IMG/VR virus record: IMGVR_UViG_3300008110_007313 | DNA length: 64,000 nt | Strand: one strand, 5' to 3' | Origin: a virus | Lineage: Duplodnaviria > Caudoviricetes | Shown: in pieces, positions 1 to 7,136 of the stretch | Layout of the letters: each line of letters starts with the position of its first letter | Position numbering within the stretch: position 1 is the stretch's first letter | Notes under the pieces: model-generated | Told to the model about the DNA's origin: nothing | The model's input: the letters and a program-made list of their open reading frames with translations, nothing else | Databases searched by the model: none | Translations under genes and position numbers: made by a program

Positions 1-7
1 ATACTTT

Positions 8-304
8 TTACTTAAACAGAATCAATGCCATCAGCACAGCCTGCACAATAAAACCAACGCCAATTGTGACAATGTTTAGCACATCCTTGAGTACCACAGC
101 TCGTAGGAACATCAAGACTAGGCCAGTCCAAGCAAATAGCACAATGTCCAAGTTAGGTGTGCGATCTGAAAGTCCAGTCATCAAGGCCAACAGTGTGGGA
201 ATGGTTGCGGCATGCACAACAATGGCTGCCAACCATCCTAGAGTTTCTGCAGAGATTTTGGTCAAAGTTGTGGAAAGAAATGTGCGTACTGATTCGATGT
301 TCAT
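8..304 (-). CDS. small membrane protein (about 3 TM segments)
   Basis: 98 aa, almost entirely hydrophobic; 4-nt overlap with the upstream hydrolase gene. Confidence 0.7.
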   Translation of the reverse strand: MNIESVRTFLSTTLTKISAETLGWLAAIVVHAATIPTLLALMTGLSDRTPNLDIVLFAWTGLVLMFLRAVVLKDVLNIVTIGVGFIVQAVLMALILFK

Positions 305-879
305 GTGCGATCTCCGTAGAAAATATGACGTCCAATTTTTTCAATTCGGGGCAGTTTCCAGCCCGGGCTAACATAGTCAGCGTGATAGAAAAGAGCATGC
401 TTTAAACTGGGCAGTCGGAATCCCTCCAACAGCACCTTCTTGGCTACTTCTTCGCTTTCACGCCACAGGGGCGGATGTACCGCTTTCACTTTGTGGTTGC
501 CTTCGCAATACCACGAAAATTGACATACTACTTTTTCGTAGAATATGTTCTTTTGATAAATCACGCCACAAACACCTGTACCAAAGCGGCCAGATTCCAC
601 GCGGTTCATAGTAACTTGGGCAACAGCCACTTTGCCTTCAAAAGGCTCACTTGCGGCTTCCCAGTAGATGTTGCGAGTCAGGCACTCCAATTGCTTGGTG
701 CGCTCTGCGGCTGTAACATAGCCCTCGGGCATGCCAGCTCTTGTTTCGCGTAGACTGTCAAGGCGTGTATTACAAACTGCTATCACACATCCGATCACAG
801 CAACAAAGCCCAAAGTTTTGAGACTCCGCGACAGCCACGACGTCAAGTCGATTTTGTTTAAGGTTAGGTTTGTTTCCAT
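301..879 (-). CDS. SleB-like cell wall hydrolase (Hydrolase_2) with N-terminal TM anchor
   Basis: CLTRNIYWEA-GKVAVAQVTMNRV, CQFSW and FYHADYV-IGRHIFY motifs. Confidence 0.9.
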   Translation of the reverse strand: METNLTLNKIDLTSWLSRSLKTLGFVAVIGCVIAVCNTRLDSLRETRAGMPEGYVTAAERTKQLECLTRNIYWEAASEPFEGKVAVAQVTMNRVESGRFGTGVCGVIYQKNIFYEKVVCQFSWYCEGNHKVKAVHPPLWRESEEVAKKVLLEGFRLPSLKHALFYHADYVSPGWKLPRIEKIGRHIFYGDRT

Positions 880-945
880 AGGCGTTTACTTACTCAGTTG
901 GATTGAATTTCCTGTAAAGACCGGGCCAAAATGAAGCATTTTTGC

Positions 946-974
946 CATTAAGTGGGCAGTTATCCCACTTAATG
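946..974. repeat. perfect 11-bp inverted repeat overlapping a predicted transcription start
   Basis: CATTAAGTGGG-cagttat-CCCACTTAATG directly next to the -10 box at 976-981. Confidence 0.8.
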
Positions 975-975
975 T

Positions 976-1004
976 ATTATAAAACAAATGAGGTTATTTG
1001 TCAA
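976..1004 (-). promoter_or_regulatory. sigma70-type promoter
   Basis: TTGACA-N17-TATAAT on - strand. Confidence 0.8.
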
Positions 1005-1809
1005 CTCTGCACACAGGAATCGGTTCCATCTTGTGCAAGTTTCGGGCACGGATAGCACGATAAGTTTTGAGTTGTGCTCGTTCTTCTTTGCTCATTTGGA
1101 TTGGCAATGTGTTGTACACACACTCTCGATCCAGACGATCGTTGGTCATGGCACGTTCTAAATCTGGGTAGCTCATGCCCAATTGATCTTCGTCTGTGCG
1201 ACCATCTGTCCATAGGCCATCTGTGGGTGCAGCATCAATGATCTCTTGTGGCAAGCCAAATTCTCTGCCCATGTCCCAGACTTCAGTTTTCATACAGTCA
1301 CCGATGGGGCTGATGTCCACGCCACCGTCACCATATTTGGTAAAGAACCCCACACCAAAGTCTTCTACCTTGTTGCCTGTGCCCACAACAATACCACCAT
1401 GACTTTGTGCAATTTGGTACAAGGTCATCATACGCAAACGAGCACGTGAGTTAGCAAAAGCCAAATCAGTTTGCGATACATTACCAGATTCTGGATAACA
1501 GTAAGGATCCACTTTCTTTTCAAATGCAGAAAACACAGGAGTCAAGTCCATGCTCATGTGTGTGACATTTTCTCGGTAGCGTTCCAGCAACCAAGTTGCC
1601 TGCATTGAACTGCGATTGTCCAAGGTCTTGGACTGACGAATTGGCATCTGTACCACAATGGTTTTAAGCCCAGTTTCGGCGCACAAGGCACTTACAACCG
1701 AACTGTCGATACCGCCCGAAATGCCCACTACAAGAGTTGAAATCTTGTTTTTGGTAGCATACGATCGGATCCATTTTGTGATATGTTTGATTCTTTGTTT
1801 TGATGTCAT
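994..1809 (-). CDS. nadE: NH3-dependent NAD+ synthetase
   Basis: VVGISGGIDS P-loop, ARLRM, GTGNKVE-GFFTKYGDGGVD, PTDGLW-DEDQLG; no glutaminase domain. Confidence 0.95.
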   Translation of the reverse strand: MTSKQRIKHITKWIRSYATKNKISTLVVGISGGIDSSVVSALCAETGLKTIVVQMPIRQSKTLDNRSSMQATWLLERYRENVTHMSMDLTPVFSAFEKKVDPYCYPESGNVSQTDLAFANSRARLRMMTLYQIAQSHGGIVVGTGNKVEDFGVGFFTKYGDGGVDISPIGDCMKTEVWDMGREFGLPQEIIDAAPTDGLWTDGRTDEDQLGMSYPDLERAMTNDRLDRECVYNTLPIQMSKEERAQLKTYRAIRARNLHKMEPIPVCRVDK

Positions 1810-2288
1810 AATTTTATATCAGGTTTGGGCATTGATTTGAGTTTGTTCCACATTTCGGCTTTTTCTTTGCACTTCTTTTCCAGTTTGCGATAACGATCAC
1901 CCAGTTTCTTCAAGTCGTCCCATTCCTTTTCAAGTTCAGGATTTGGAGTCAGCATGTTGAGTCGATCTTCTAGTGCTTCAAGAGTCTTCATCAAGCTCTT
2001 GCCATTGATATCAATGTCAGCGTTGGCACCTCGTAAACTAAGCGTGCCTGATTGATTTAGATCCGCGGCACTGGTACCATTCCACCCTGTTGTGGTGTTT
2101 GTGGTCCACATGGTGTTTGAACCGGCAGCGCCGATTGTTATAGCTGGTCCAGCTGATAGAGGCGATATAGTATAAGCCGGGCTGGCCATTGTGATACTGC
2201 TACTGAGATCTATTGTTTGGTAATTGTAATCTTGTGAAGAGATTGCGTCTTCTAAGTTTGAGAAGGAAATGTCTTTTGAATCAGCCAT
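1806..2288 (-). CDS. hypothetical protein with C-terminal coiled coil
   Basis: ORF 1806..2312; start at MADSK assumed; ATGA overlap with nadE. Confidence 0.65.
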   Translation of the reverse strand: MADSKDISFSNLEDAISSQDYNYQTIDLSSSITMASPAYTISPLSAGPAITIGAAGSNTMWTTNTTTGWNGTSAADLNQSGTLSLRGANADIDINGKSLMKTLEALEDRLNMLTPNPELEKEWDDLKKLGDRYRKLEKKCKEKAEMWNKLKSMPKPDIKL

Positions 2289-2425
2289 GAGCCGTCCTTG
2301 TTGTCTATCCACTCAAGTGTGTCGCCTTCTTGCCAACCAAGCTCGGCGCACAACTCGATACCCAGGTCCAGCACAAGTTCGCTGGTATCTGGGTCTTCAA
2401 CTACGTTCACAATCTTTGAGGTCAT
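2252..2425 (-). CDS. AbrB/MazE-like small DNA-binding protein
   Basis: ELVLDLG-LGWQEGDTLEW swapped-hairpin pattern. Confidence 0.55.
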   Translation of the reverse strand: MTSKIVNVVEDPDTSELVLDLGIELCAELGWQEGDTLEWIDNKDGSWLIQKTFPSQT

Positions 2426-2552
2426 TGGGTTGCTGGCACCGATACCAGACAGCAAGTCGAGCTATCTTCTCTTTTATAAGTTGCTCTCTTTGTTCTGGAG
2501 TCAGCACAACGGGCCATTCAGTTTGGTGTAGTTGACTTTCTTTTACAATCAT
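2397..2552 (-). CDS. 51-aa hypothetical protein (not in ORF track)
   Basis: Manual translation MIVKESQLHQTEWPVVLTPEQREQLIKEKIARLAVWYRCQQPNDLKDCERS; ATGA-coupled to the upstream gene. Confidence 0.5.
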   Translation of the reverse strand: MIVKESQLHQTEWPVVLTPEQREQLIKEKIARLAVWYRCQQPNDLKDCERS

Positions 2553-2737
2553 TTTGCGGCTGTCGCCAATGCTTCTTTTTCTGCTGTGATTTCCTTGCGG
2601 CGTTCCTTGATACCTTTGCTCATTTCTTGCAGGGCCTTGCGAGCACGAGCAGCCGCGGCCTTAACACCCTTGGATGTAAACTTTTCATTTTCCGCAATGT
2701 ATGTTTCGTAAGCGGCGACGATTTGTTCATGTTGTGT
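2549..2737 (-). CDS. histone H1-like Hc1-family DNA-binding protein
   Basis: KGVKAAAARARKALQEMSKGIKERRKEI resembles the Hc1 core; RBS-like aaggaa upstream. Confidence 0.7.
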   Translation of the reverse strand, partial: TQHEQIVAAYETYIAENEKFTSKGVKAAAARARKALQEMSKGIKERRKEITAEKEALATAAK

Positions 2738-2769
2738 CATGATGGTTTCCTTTATAAATGACAAAAATA

Positions 2770-2798
2770 ATTATACACAGTCGTGTTGCGACTGTCAA
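2770..2798 (-). promoter_or_regulatory. sigma70 promoter with palindromic spacer
   Basis: TTGACAGTCGCAACACGACTGTGTATAAT; ACAGTCG/CGACTGT inverted repeat. Confidence 0.75.
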
Positions 2799-2822
2799 TA
2801 AATGTGGTAATGTTGACTCCTG

Positions 2823-3071
2823 TTAGTTCAGGTAAATGTGTCGACGATTCCAGGTATCCCAGACTGTGGTATTGGCCATGCTGTATGTCCAAGACACGCA
2901 AAATTTATGAAATGCTGTTTGGTCATGCAACATCATTCGATTGCCAGTGATGTGAACATGGTCCACACGGTTCTCTTTAACCCAAGTTTTGAACAGTATT
3001 TCGGCTTGATCGCTGTTGCGCACAATCACAATATACAGCGGCTCCGCTGTACGATAAGTTGGTATGGTCAT
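2823..3071 (-). CDS. hypothetical protein
   Basis: 82-aa ORF collinear with neighbours. Confidence 0.6.
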   Translation of the reverse strand: MTIPTYRTAEPLYIVIVRNSDQAEILFKTWVKENRVDHVHITGNRMMLHDQTAFHKFCVSWTYSMANTTVWDTWNRRHIYLN

Positions 3072-3141
3072 GAATAAGACAAGGCCGAATTTGGCACTTC
3101 TTGGTTGGCCTTGTATTTACACCTTTAGCAACAAAACGGCC

Positions 3142-3171
3142 AAAAAGAAAAGCGGCCTCTAGGCCGCTTTT
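3142..3171 (-). terminator. intrinsic terminator
   Basis: AAAAGCGGCCT-ct-AGGCCGCTTTT stem with U-tract on - strand. Confidence 0.85.
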
Positions 3172-3192
3172 GGCACTGCTCAAGTCAGTGAC

Positions 3193-3570
3193 TTACATGG
3201 GGGCGTCTTCTACAGCGGCCAGGATGTCACTGGCAGTGACGTTCTTGGTAGGCTTCTTAGCAGGAGCCTTGGTAGCCTTGGTGGCCTTGACACGGACTTC
3301 ACCTTTCTTGGCAATCTTGGCCTTCTCAGCCAGTTTGTTAGCCACAGCAAAGCCAGCATCACCTTCGGTGATACCTTGTTCAGTGAGATACTGGAGAGCC
3401 TCCAGCTTGGTCATCTCGCGGGGCAGTTCAACCAGGTTGATGTCAGTGCATCCGGCCTTGTTGAGGATCTTGACACGAGCCACCAGGTCGTTAGCAAAAC
3501 GGGCCTTGACGGTGCCGTCAGCGTTCTTGGCTGTACCAGCCACGGTAAAAGTTTTTTCAGTTGCGGACAT
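3193..3570 (-). CDS. hypothetical protein with Lys/Ala-rich C-terminus
   Basis: ORF 3193..3585, start MSATEK assumed; own promoter and terminator. Confidence 0.75.
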   Translation of the reverse strand: MSATEKTFTVAGTAKNADGTVKARFANDLVARVKILNKAGCTDINLVELPREMTKLEALQYLTEQGITEGDAGFAVANKLAEKAKIAKKGEVRVKATKATKAPAKKPTKNVTASDILAAVEDAPM

Positions 3571-3635
3571 AATGTTGCCTTTCAAAGTTGCCTATTAAGT
3601 TAAAATTCATGTTGCTTTTTACACAACATATCAAT

Positions 3636-3664
3636 ATTATAGCAAAAGAGCATTTATTGGTCAA
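3636..3664 (-). promoter_or_regulatory. early promoter repeat
   Basis: TTGACC-N17-TATAAT. Confidence 0.8.
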
Positions 3665-3701
3665 GCCTTTTTTGCAATAATTTTGATTCTTTTTGCCCAA
3701 A

Positions 3702-3830
3702 TTACTGGGCCAATTCTTTGCTGGTTTGTTGAATGGTTTCAACGCCACGGTCCAGCATGCGGGCAATACCACCAAAGCCCACACTTGCCACTACCAAACC
3801 AAGCACAAATCCGATTACCAAGTTGCGCAT
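3702..3830 (-). CDS. small membrane protein
   Basis: MRNLVIGFVLGLVVASVGFGG N-terminal TM segment. Confidence 0.6.
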   Translation of the reverse strand: MRNLVIGFVLGLVVASVGFGGIARMLDRGVETIQQTSKELAQ

Positions 3831-4600
3831 TAGATCACCTTTACGCGGTTGAGTTGAGTCTTGCCGTCGCGGTGTGCCTTGACGGTGCCTTTGATCTGGA
3901 TCCAAGATCCAGTTGCTAATTTAGATCGATAGCTGAAGAACACAGCTTGATTGTCTTGAGTGATTGCAGTAACCCAAAAAATACCATAGGTCTGACTGTA
4001 GTTGGCACTGACAATCTCTACGTCAAATTCAACTTTGCTGTCCACTGCGCCCACATAGCCGCCTGCAGCCTGGCGCACCCGGCTTTGAGTCTCTTGGCGA
4101 GCTATAGCACGTTCCTGACTGGCTGGCAAGCATGCAACCAGGGCCAATTCCAACCGGTGAACGGCAGTGTTGAATTCTTCATTTACTGCCAGAGTCTTGG
4201 CCACGTTGAGATCAAACTCAGTGAGCTGGCTTTTGAGCCCACGAAGGGTCAAGTCTTGTTGAAGGAATTTACGGCACTCCTGACCTTGTGCAATATCTTC
4301 TACGGTGAGAAGAGCAGGGTTGGCAAGAATGTCTGCCATGATGTCACGATTGCGAAGTTTTGCAACCACGGTGGTGTTGGTGTTCTCGTCCACTCGGTAT
4401 TCAGTTGCTTTGACATAACTACCATTGATGCGTTGAGCCGCACATGCCGCACCCCACACATTGTCTACAGAGTGAACGACACCTGCAGGTTTGGCACGGG
4501 GCTTCCACGTCGAACGTGGAGTTTCATAGTCGTCATCCATCTGACCCAGGCGTTTAATTTCCTGTGATGTCATGTTACTTACGTCTACAAATCCTGGCAT
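3830..4600 (-). CDS. hypothetical protein with probable C-terminal OB-fold
   Basis: C-terminal beta-rich WIQIKGTVKAH-TQLNRVK; start set after the promoter. Confidence 0.6.
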   Translation of the reverse strand: MPGFVDVSNMTSQEIKRLGQMDDDYETPRSTWKPRAKPAGVVHSVDNVWGAACAAQRINGSYVKATEYRVDENTNTTVVAKLRNRDIMADILANPALLTVEDIAQGQECRKFLQQDLTLRGLKSQLTEFDLNVAKTLAVNEEFNTAVHRLELALVACLPASQERAIARQETQSRVRQAAGGYVGAVDSKVEFDVEIVSANYSQTYGIFWVTAITQDNQAVFFSYRSKLATGSWIQIKGTVKAHRDGKTQLNRVKVI

Positions 4601-4630
4601 GTTTGGCTCCTTGTTTCTTAATATGCTTAT

Positions 4631-4659
4631 ATTATAGCAAATCGGCAATTAAAGGTCAA
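4631..4659 (-). promoter_or_regulatory. early promoter repeat
   Basis: TTGACC-N17-TATAAT. Confidence 0.8.
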
Positions 4660-5125
4660 CCGTTTCCCACGTTTTGATTTCTTCTTCAATCAGTTCGTCT
4701 GCAAATGCTTCGCTCAACGGAACCAATTGGCCGCTCAGTGTGTCTGAACCGTAGTTGTTGCCCACGTACCACACACCGTCCCGCATGATATAGTAGTACT
4801 CGGCTCCACAGCCATCAACTCGCTTCATAAAGTCTTCGAATGTGTGATCTACTGCAAACCCACAACCATTTTCCTTACGATCACGACCGTAAAAAGTAGT
4901 GATGCCTTTGACAGGGTTGTCAAATGTGTGGCGGACACCTTCGGGAATCTCAACGTTTCGATCCAAGCTACTGATATCACCCAAGGCTACCAAGTGATTG
5001 GCCTTGGCACTGTCATAGTGCTCCAGCAAGATCCGGCCGTTATAGTCCAGATAGCCATCCCATTGACAGTAGATTGACTTGCAGACGTCGCCATGCATCA
5101 CACCAATTCTTGAACGTGTACCCAT
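4649..5125 (-). CDS. conserved-looking phage hypothetical protein
   Basis: 158-aa ORF beginning MGTRSRIG-SIYCQWDGY. Confidence 0.75.
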   Translation of the reverse strand: MGTRSRIGVMHGDVCKSIYCQWDGYLDYNGRILLEHYDSAKANHLVALGDISSLDRNVEIPEGVRHTFDNPVKGITTFYGRDRKENGCGFAVDHTFEDFMKRVDGCGAEYYYIMRDGVWYVGNNYGSDTLSGQLVPLSEAFADELIEEEIKTWETVDL

Positions 5126-5126
5126 T

Positions 5127-5324
5127 TTAAGCTACCTCTTTCTGTTGCAACCAAAAATATTCATTGATCAAATCTGCAGGGAAATCCTCATGGTACCAAA
5201 AATAGTACTTGGCAGATTTTAAACCTTGTGCTTTTTTTACAACCTCAAAACCCAGTGCAAGAATGTCATTCTCTGCTGTGAGCTTGGGGTTGACTGCAAA
5301 TACATCTTGTGCAAAACTTGACAT
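5127..5324 (-). CDS. hypothetical protein
   Basis: 65 aa, directly after the promoter and RBS. Confidence 0.65.
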   Translation of the reverse strand: MSSFAQDVFAVNPKLTAENDILALGFEVVKKAQGLKSAKYYFWYHEDFPADLINEYFWLQQKEVA

Positions 5325-5353
5325 CTTTTTTCCTTTTTTCTTACTATACAAGT

Positions 5354-5382
5354 ATTATAGCAAATCGGGAATATTTGGTCAA
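5354..5382 (-). promoter_or_regulatory. early promoter repeat
   Basis: GGTTGACCAAATATTCCCGATTTGCTATAATACTTGTATAGTAA. Confidence 0.9.
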
Positions 5383-5387
5383 CCTTT

Positions 5388-5645
5388 TTAGTCTAGCACG
5401 TAAAACGGCTGATCGTCGATGCCCAGAGCATCGTACACCATCTCGCGAACAGCCGTGTCCATGGCTTCACCAAACGCATCATGTTCTGCCAACTTACGCA
5501 GAGCTTGAAGAGTCTGTGCCCAGGTCAAATTGTGAACTCGGGCGGCAATAACAATACCTTGCACGGCGTGGTTGCCTGTGTCACTGAACATGCCATAATC
5601 GGGCACCACGTTGCCAGTCAAGTTGTATTCAATTTCGATGTTCAT
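5388..5645 (-). CDS. hypothetical protein
   Basis: ORF 5388..5675; start MNIEIE assumed. Confidence 0.6.
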   Translation of the reverse strand: MNIEIEYNLTGNVVPDYGMFSDTGNHAVQGIVIAARVHNLTWAQTLQALRKLAEHDAFGEAMDTAVREMVYDALGIDDQPFYVLD

Positions 5646-5667
5646 GTTGGTTCCTTGAACAATAAAA

Positions 5668-5943
5668 TTAACCAAATTCGTACATGTACTGGGCCACTGA
5701 AGGATCCAGTTTCACAAGATCTCGAGCGGCCGCTGTGAGCTCACGATAACGACGGTTGACTTCTGCACGGGGCAATTCGCCATCACAGCTGAGATTTTCA
5801 GGGCTCAGATCACAGTCAATCATCTCAGCCACACGTTTACGGCCTGCGGCAGTTTGAACTTCGTACAAGGGTTCTGTACGCTGACCCCGGAACAAGGCTT
5901 GGTATTTGTTCTTGTTGTCGATAAATGTGGTAAGTGCTCGCAT
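5668..5943 (-). CDS. hypothetical protein
   Basis: Start MRALTT after AAGGAG RBS; the track's N-terminal extension is translated promoter sequence. Confidence 0.7.
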   Translation of the reverse strand: MRALTTFIDNKNKYQALFRGQRTEPLYEVQTAAGRKRVAEMIDCDLSPENLSCDGELPRAEVNRRYRELTAAARDLVKLDPSVAQYMYEFG

Positions 5944-5973
5944 CGCTAACTCCTTTTTAATTACTATACAAGT

Positions 5974-6002
5974 ATTATAACAAATTGGAAATTTTTGGTC
6001 AA
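5974..6002 (-). promoter_or_regulatory. early promoter repeat
   Basis: TTGACC-N17-TATAAT followed by ACTTGTATAGTAATTAAAAAGGAG. Confidence 0.9.
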
Positions 6003-6286
6003 CCGTTTTCGCGGTCCATGATGTACTCAAAAAGCACAAATTTTGCACGATTTAACAGTTGGCGCTGGGCTTCGATAGTTGCAAAACTGGGCTGTTCGTA
6101 GGCCATCATCTCTTGTGCATCGCTCATCATGCTGGCCACAATCATAGCAGGACCAGAAATTTTGAATGTAATGCTTGATTCGATGCTGTCACGCAGGTCT
6201 GCTTCGGTGCAACCGTACATGTTGATCTGACGTTGACGTTGCATGTCTTGACCAACTGCGGCGCGAATTGATGCTGTTGCTGTCAT
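5999..6286 (-). CDS. hypothetical protein
   Basis: 95 aa; its TGA stop lies inside the -35 box of the next promoter. Confidence 0.7.
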   Translation of the reverse strand: MTATASIRAAVGQDMQRQRQINMYGCTEADLRDSIESSITFKISGPAMIVASMMSDAQEMMAYEQPSFATIEAQRQLLNRAKFVLFEYIMDRENG

Positions 6287-6316
6287 TTCTGGCTCCTTTT
6301 TAATTACTATACAAGT

Positions 6317-6345
6317 ATTATAGCAAATCGGGAATATTGGGTCAA
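6317..6345 (-). promoter_or_regulatory. early promoter repeat
   Basis: TTGACC-N17-TATAAT followed by ACTTGTATAGTAATTAAAAAGGAG. Confidence 0.9.
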
Positions 6346-6388
6346 CCGTTTTGTTCTGCTTAAAAAACAGGCAAATTTAGTGTTGTTT

Positions 6389-6622
6389 TTATACAACAAG
6401 GTATTTGTACGCAAGACCCGCAAGTCCTGTGAGCAACATCACACCGTTTGTGACAATTAAACTGGCTTCGCGCCAGCGGATGCTGACTATGAGCCAAATT
6501 AACCCGCCAACTGCCAGGGTTATTGGACCCTCGGGATAGTAGCCCAGAGAGTTGATTGCAGTTCCTGCAATAAGGATCACAGTTGCGATCCACTTTAGAT
6601 ACCAGTTTAAATCTTTTTTCAT
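6389..6622 (-). CDS. small membrane protein (DUF6552-like)
   Basis: 77 aa with 3 hydrophobic helices; KWIATVILIAG-YYP. Confidence 0.6.
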   Translation of the reverse strand: MKKDLNWYLKWIATVILIAGTAINSLGYYPEGPITLAVGGLIWLIVSIRWREASLIVTNGVMLLTGLAGLAYKYLVV

Positions 6623-6628
6623 ACCCTA

Positions 6629-6657
6629 ATTATAGCAAATCGGGAATATTTGGTCAA
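6629..6657 (-). promoter_or_regulatory. early promoter repeat
   Basis: TTGACCAAATATTCCCGATTTGCTATAAT. Confidence 0.9.
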
Positions 6658-7076
6658 CCAAATGCTGTATCGCGGTATTCTAGGCAGTTTTCTAATTGAT
6701 CTAGAGGTATGTTGTGAGCACGATAGCCTTCGCAGACCAGATTGTAGTAGCCACGAGTAGGCTCTGAATCTTCATGTCCGGGTTGCATGCGGTACACCAG
6801 AGCATGCAACGTTCTTGCGCCATACACAACCGAACTGACCACGCGGTCATAGTAAAAAGGATAACCTTCCAACTGGTCCAGAGATTTTAGATGTTGGTCT
6901 GTGATTTCCCACAACACCCCGTCTACAAAACTGTCGCCACAGGGCTCTACATCTGCATGGCGTGCAAATCTAAAACTGTGATTGACCAAGCGAGCATGGC
7001 CCAAGGACTTTGCGCCTGGGCATCGTTGAAACATTTCCTTGGGGTTGGTATTCATACCATATGCGAAATACAACAT
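6654..7076 (-). CDS. gamma-glutamylcyclotransferase (AIG2/GGACT-like)
   Basis: YFAYGMN, VDGVLWEI and LDQLEGYPFYY motifs. Confidence 0.85.
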   Translation of the reverse strand: MLYFAYGMNTNPKEMFQRCPGAKSLGHARLVNHSFRFARHADVEPCGDSFVDGVLWEITDQHLKSLDQLEGYPFYYDRVVSSVVYGARTLHALVYRMQPGHEDSEPTRGYYNLVCEGYRAHNIPLDQLENCLEYRDTAFG

Positions 7077-7107
7077 CAGCGTTTCCTTTTGAGTTTAGAT
7101 AGCTGAT

Positions 7108-7136
7108 ATTGTAACAGATCTATGTTTTTTAGTCAA
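7108..7136 (-). promoter_or_regulatory. sigma70 promoter
   Basis: TTGACT-N17-TACAAT. Confidence 0.75.

Noticed and set aside
8-304. Holin call for the membrane protein next to the SleB-like hydrolase
   Set aside because: Only hydrophobicity and adjacency support it; there is no charged C-terminal tail or dual-start motif, so it is left as a generic membrane protein.
3101-3598. Long antisense ORFs (e.g. 3101..3598, 3947..4567, 26658..27170, 49195..49698)
   Set aside because: Shadow frames opposite well-supported genes, with no RBS, promoter or recognisable motif.
3631-6660. CRISPR array suggested by the recurring ~45-bp repeat
   Set aside because: Repeats are separated by whole genes of variable length and are sigma70 promoters; no cas genes are present.
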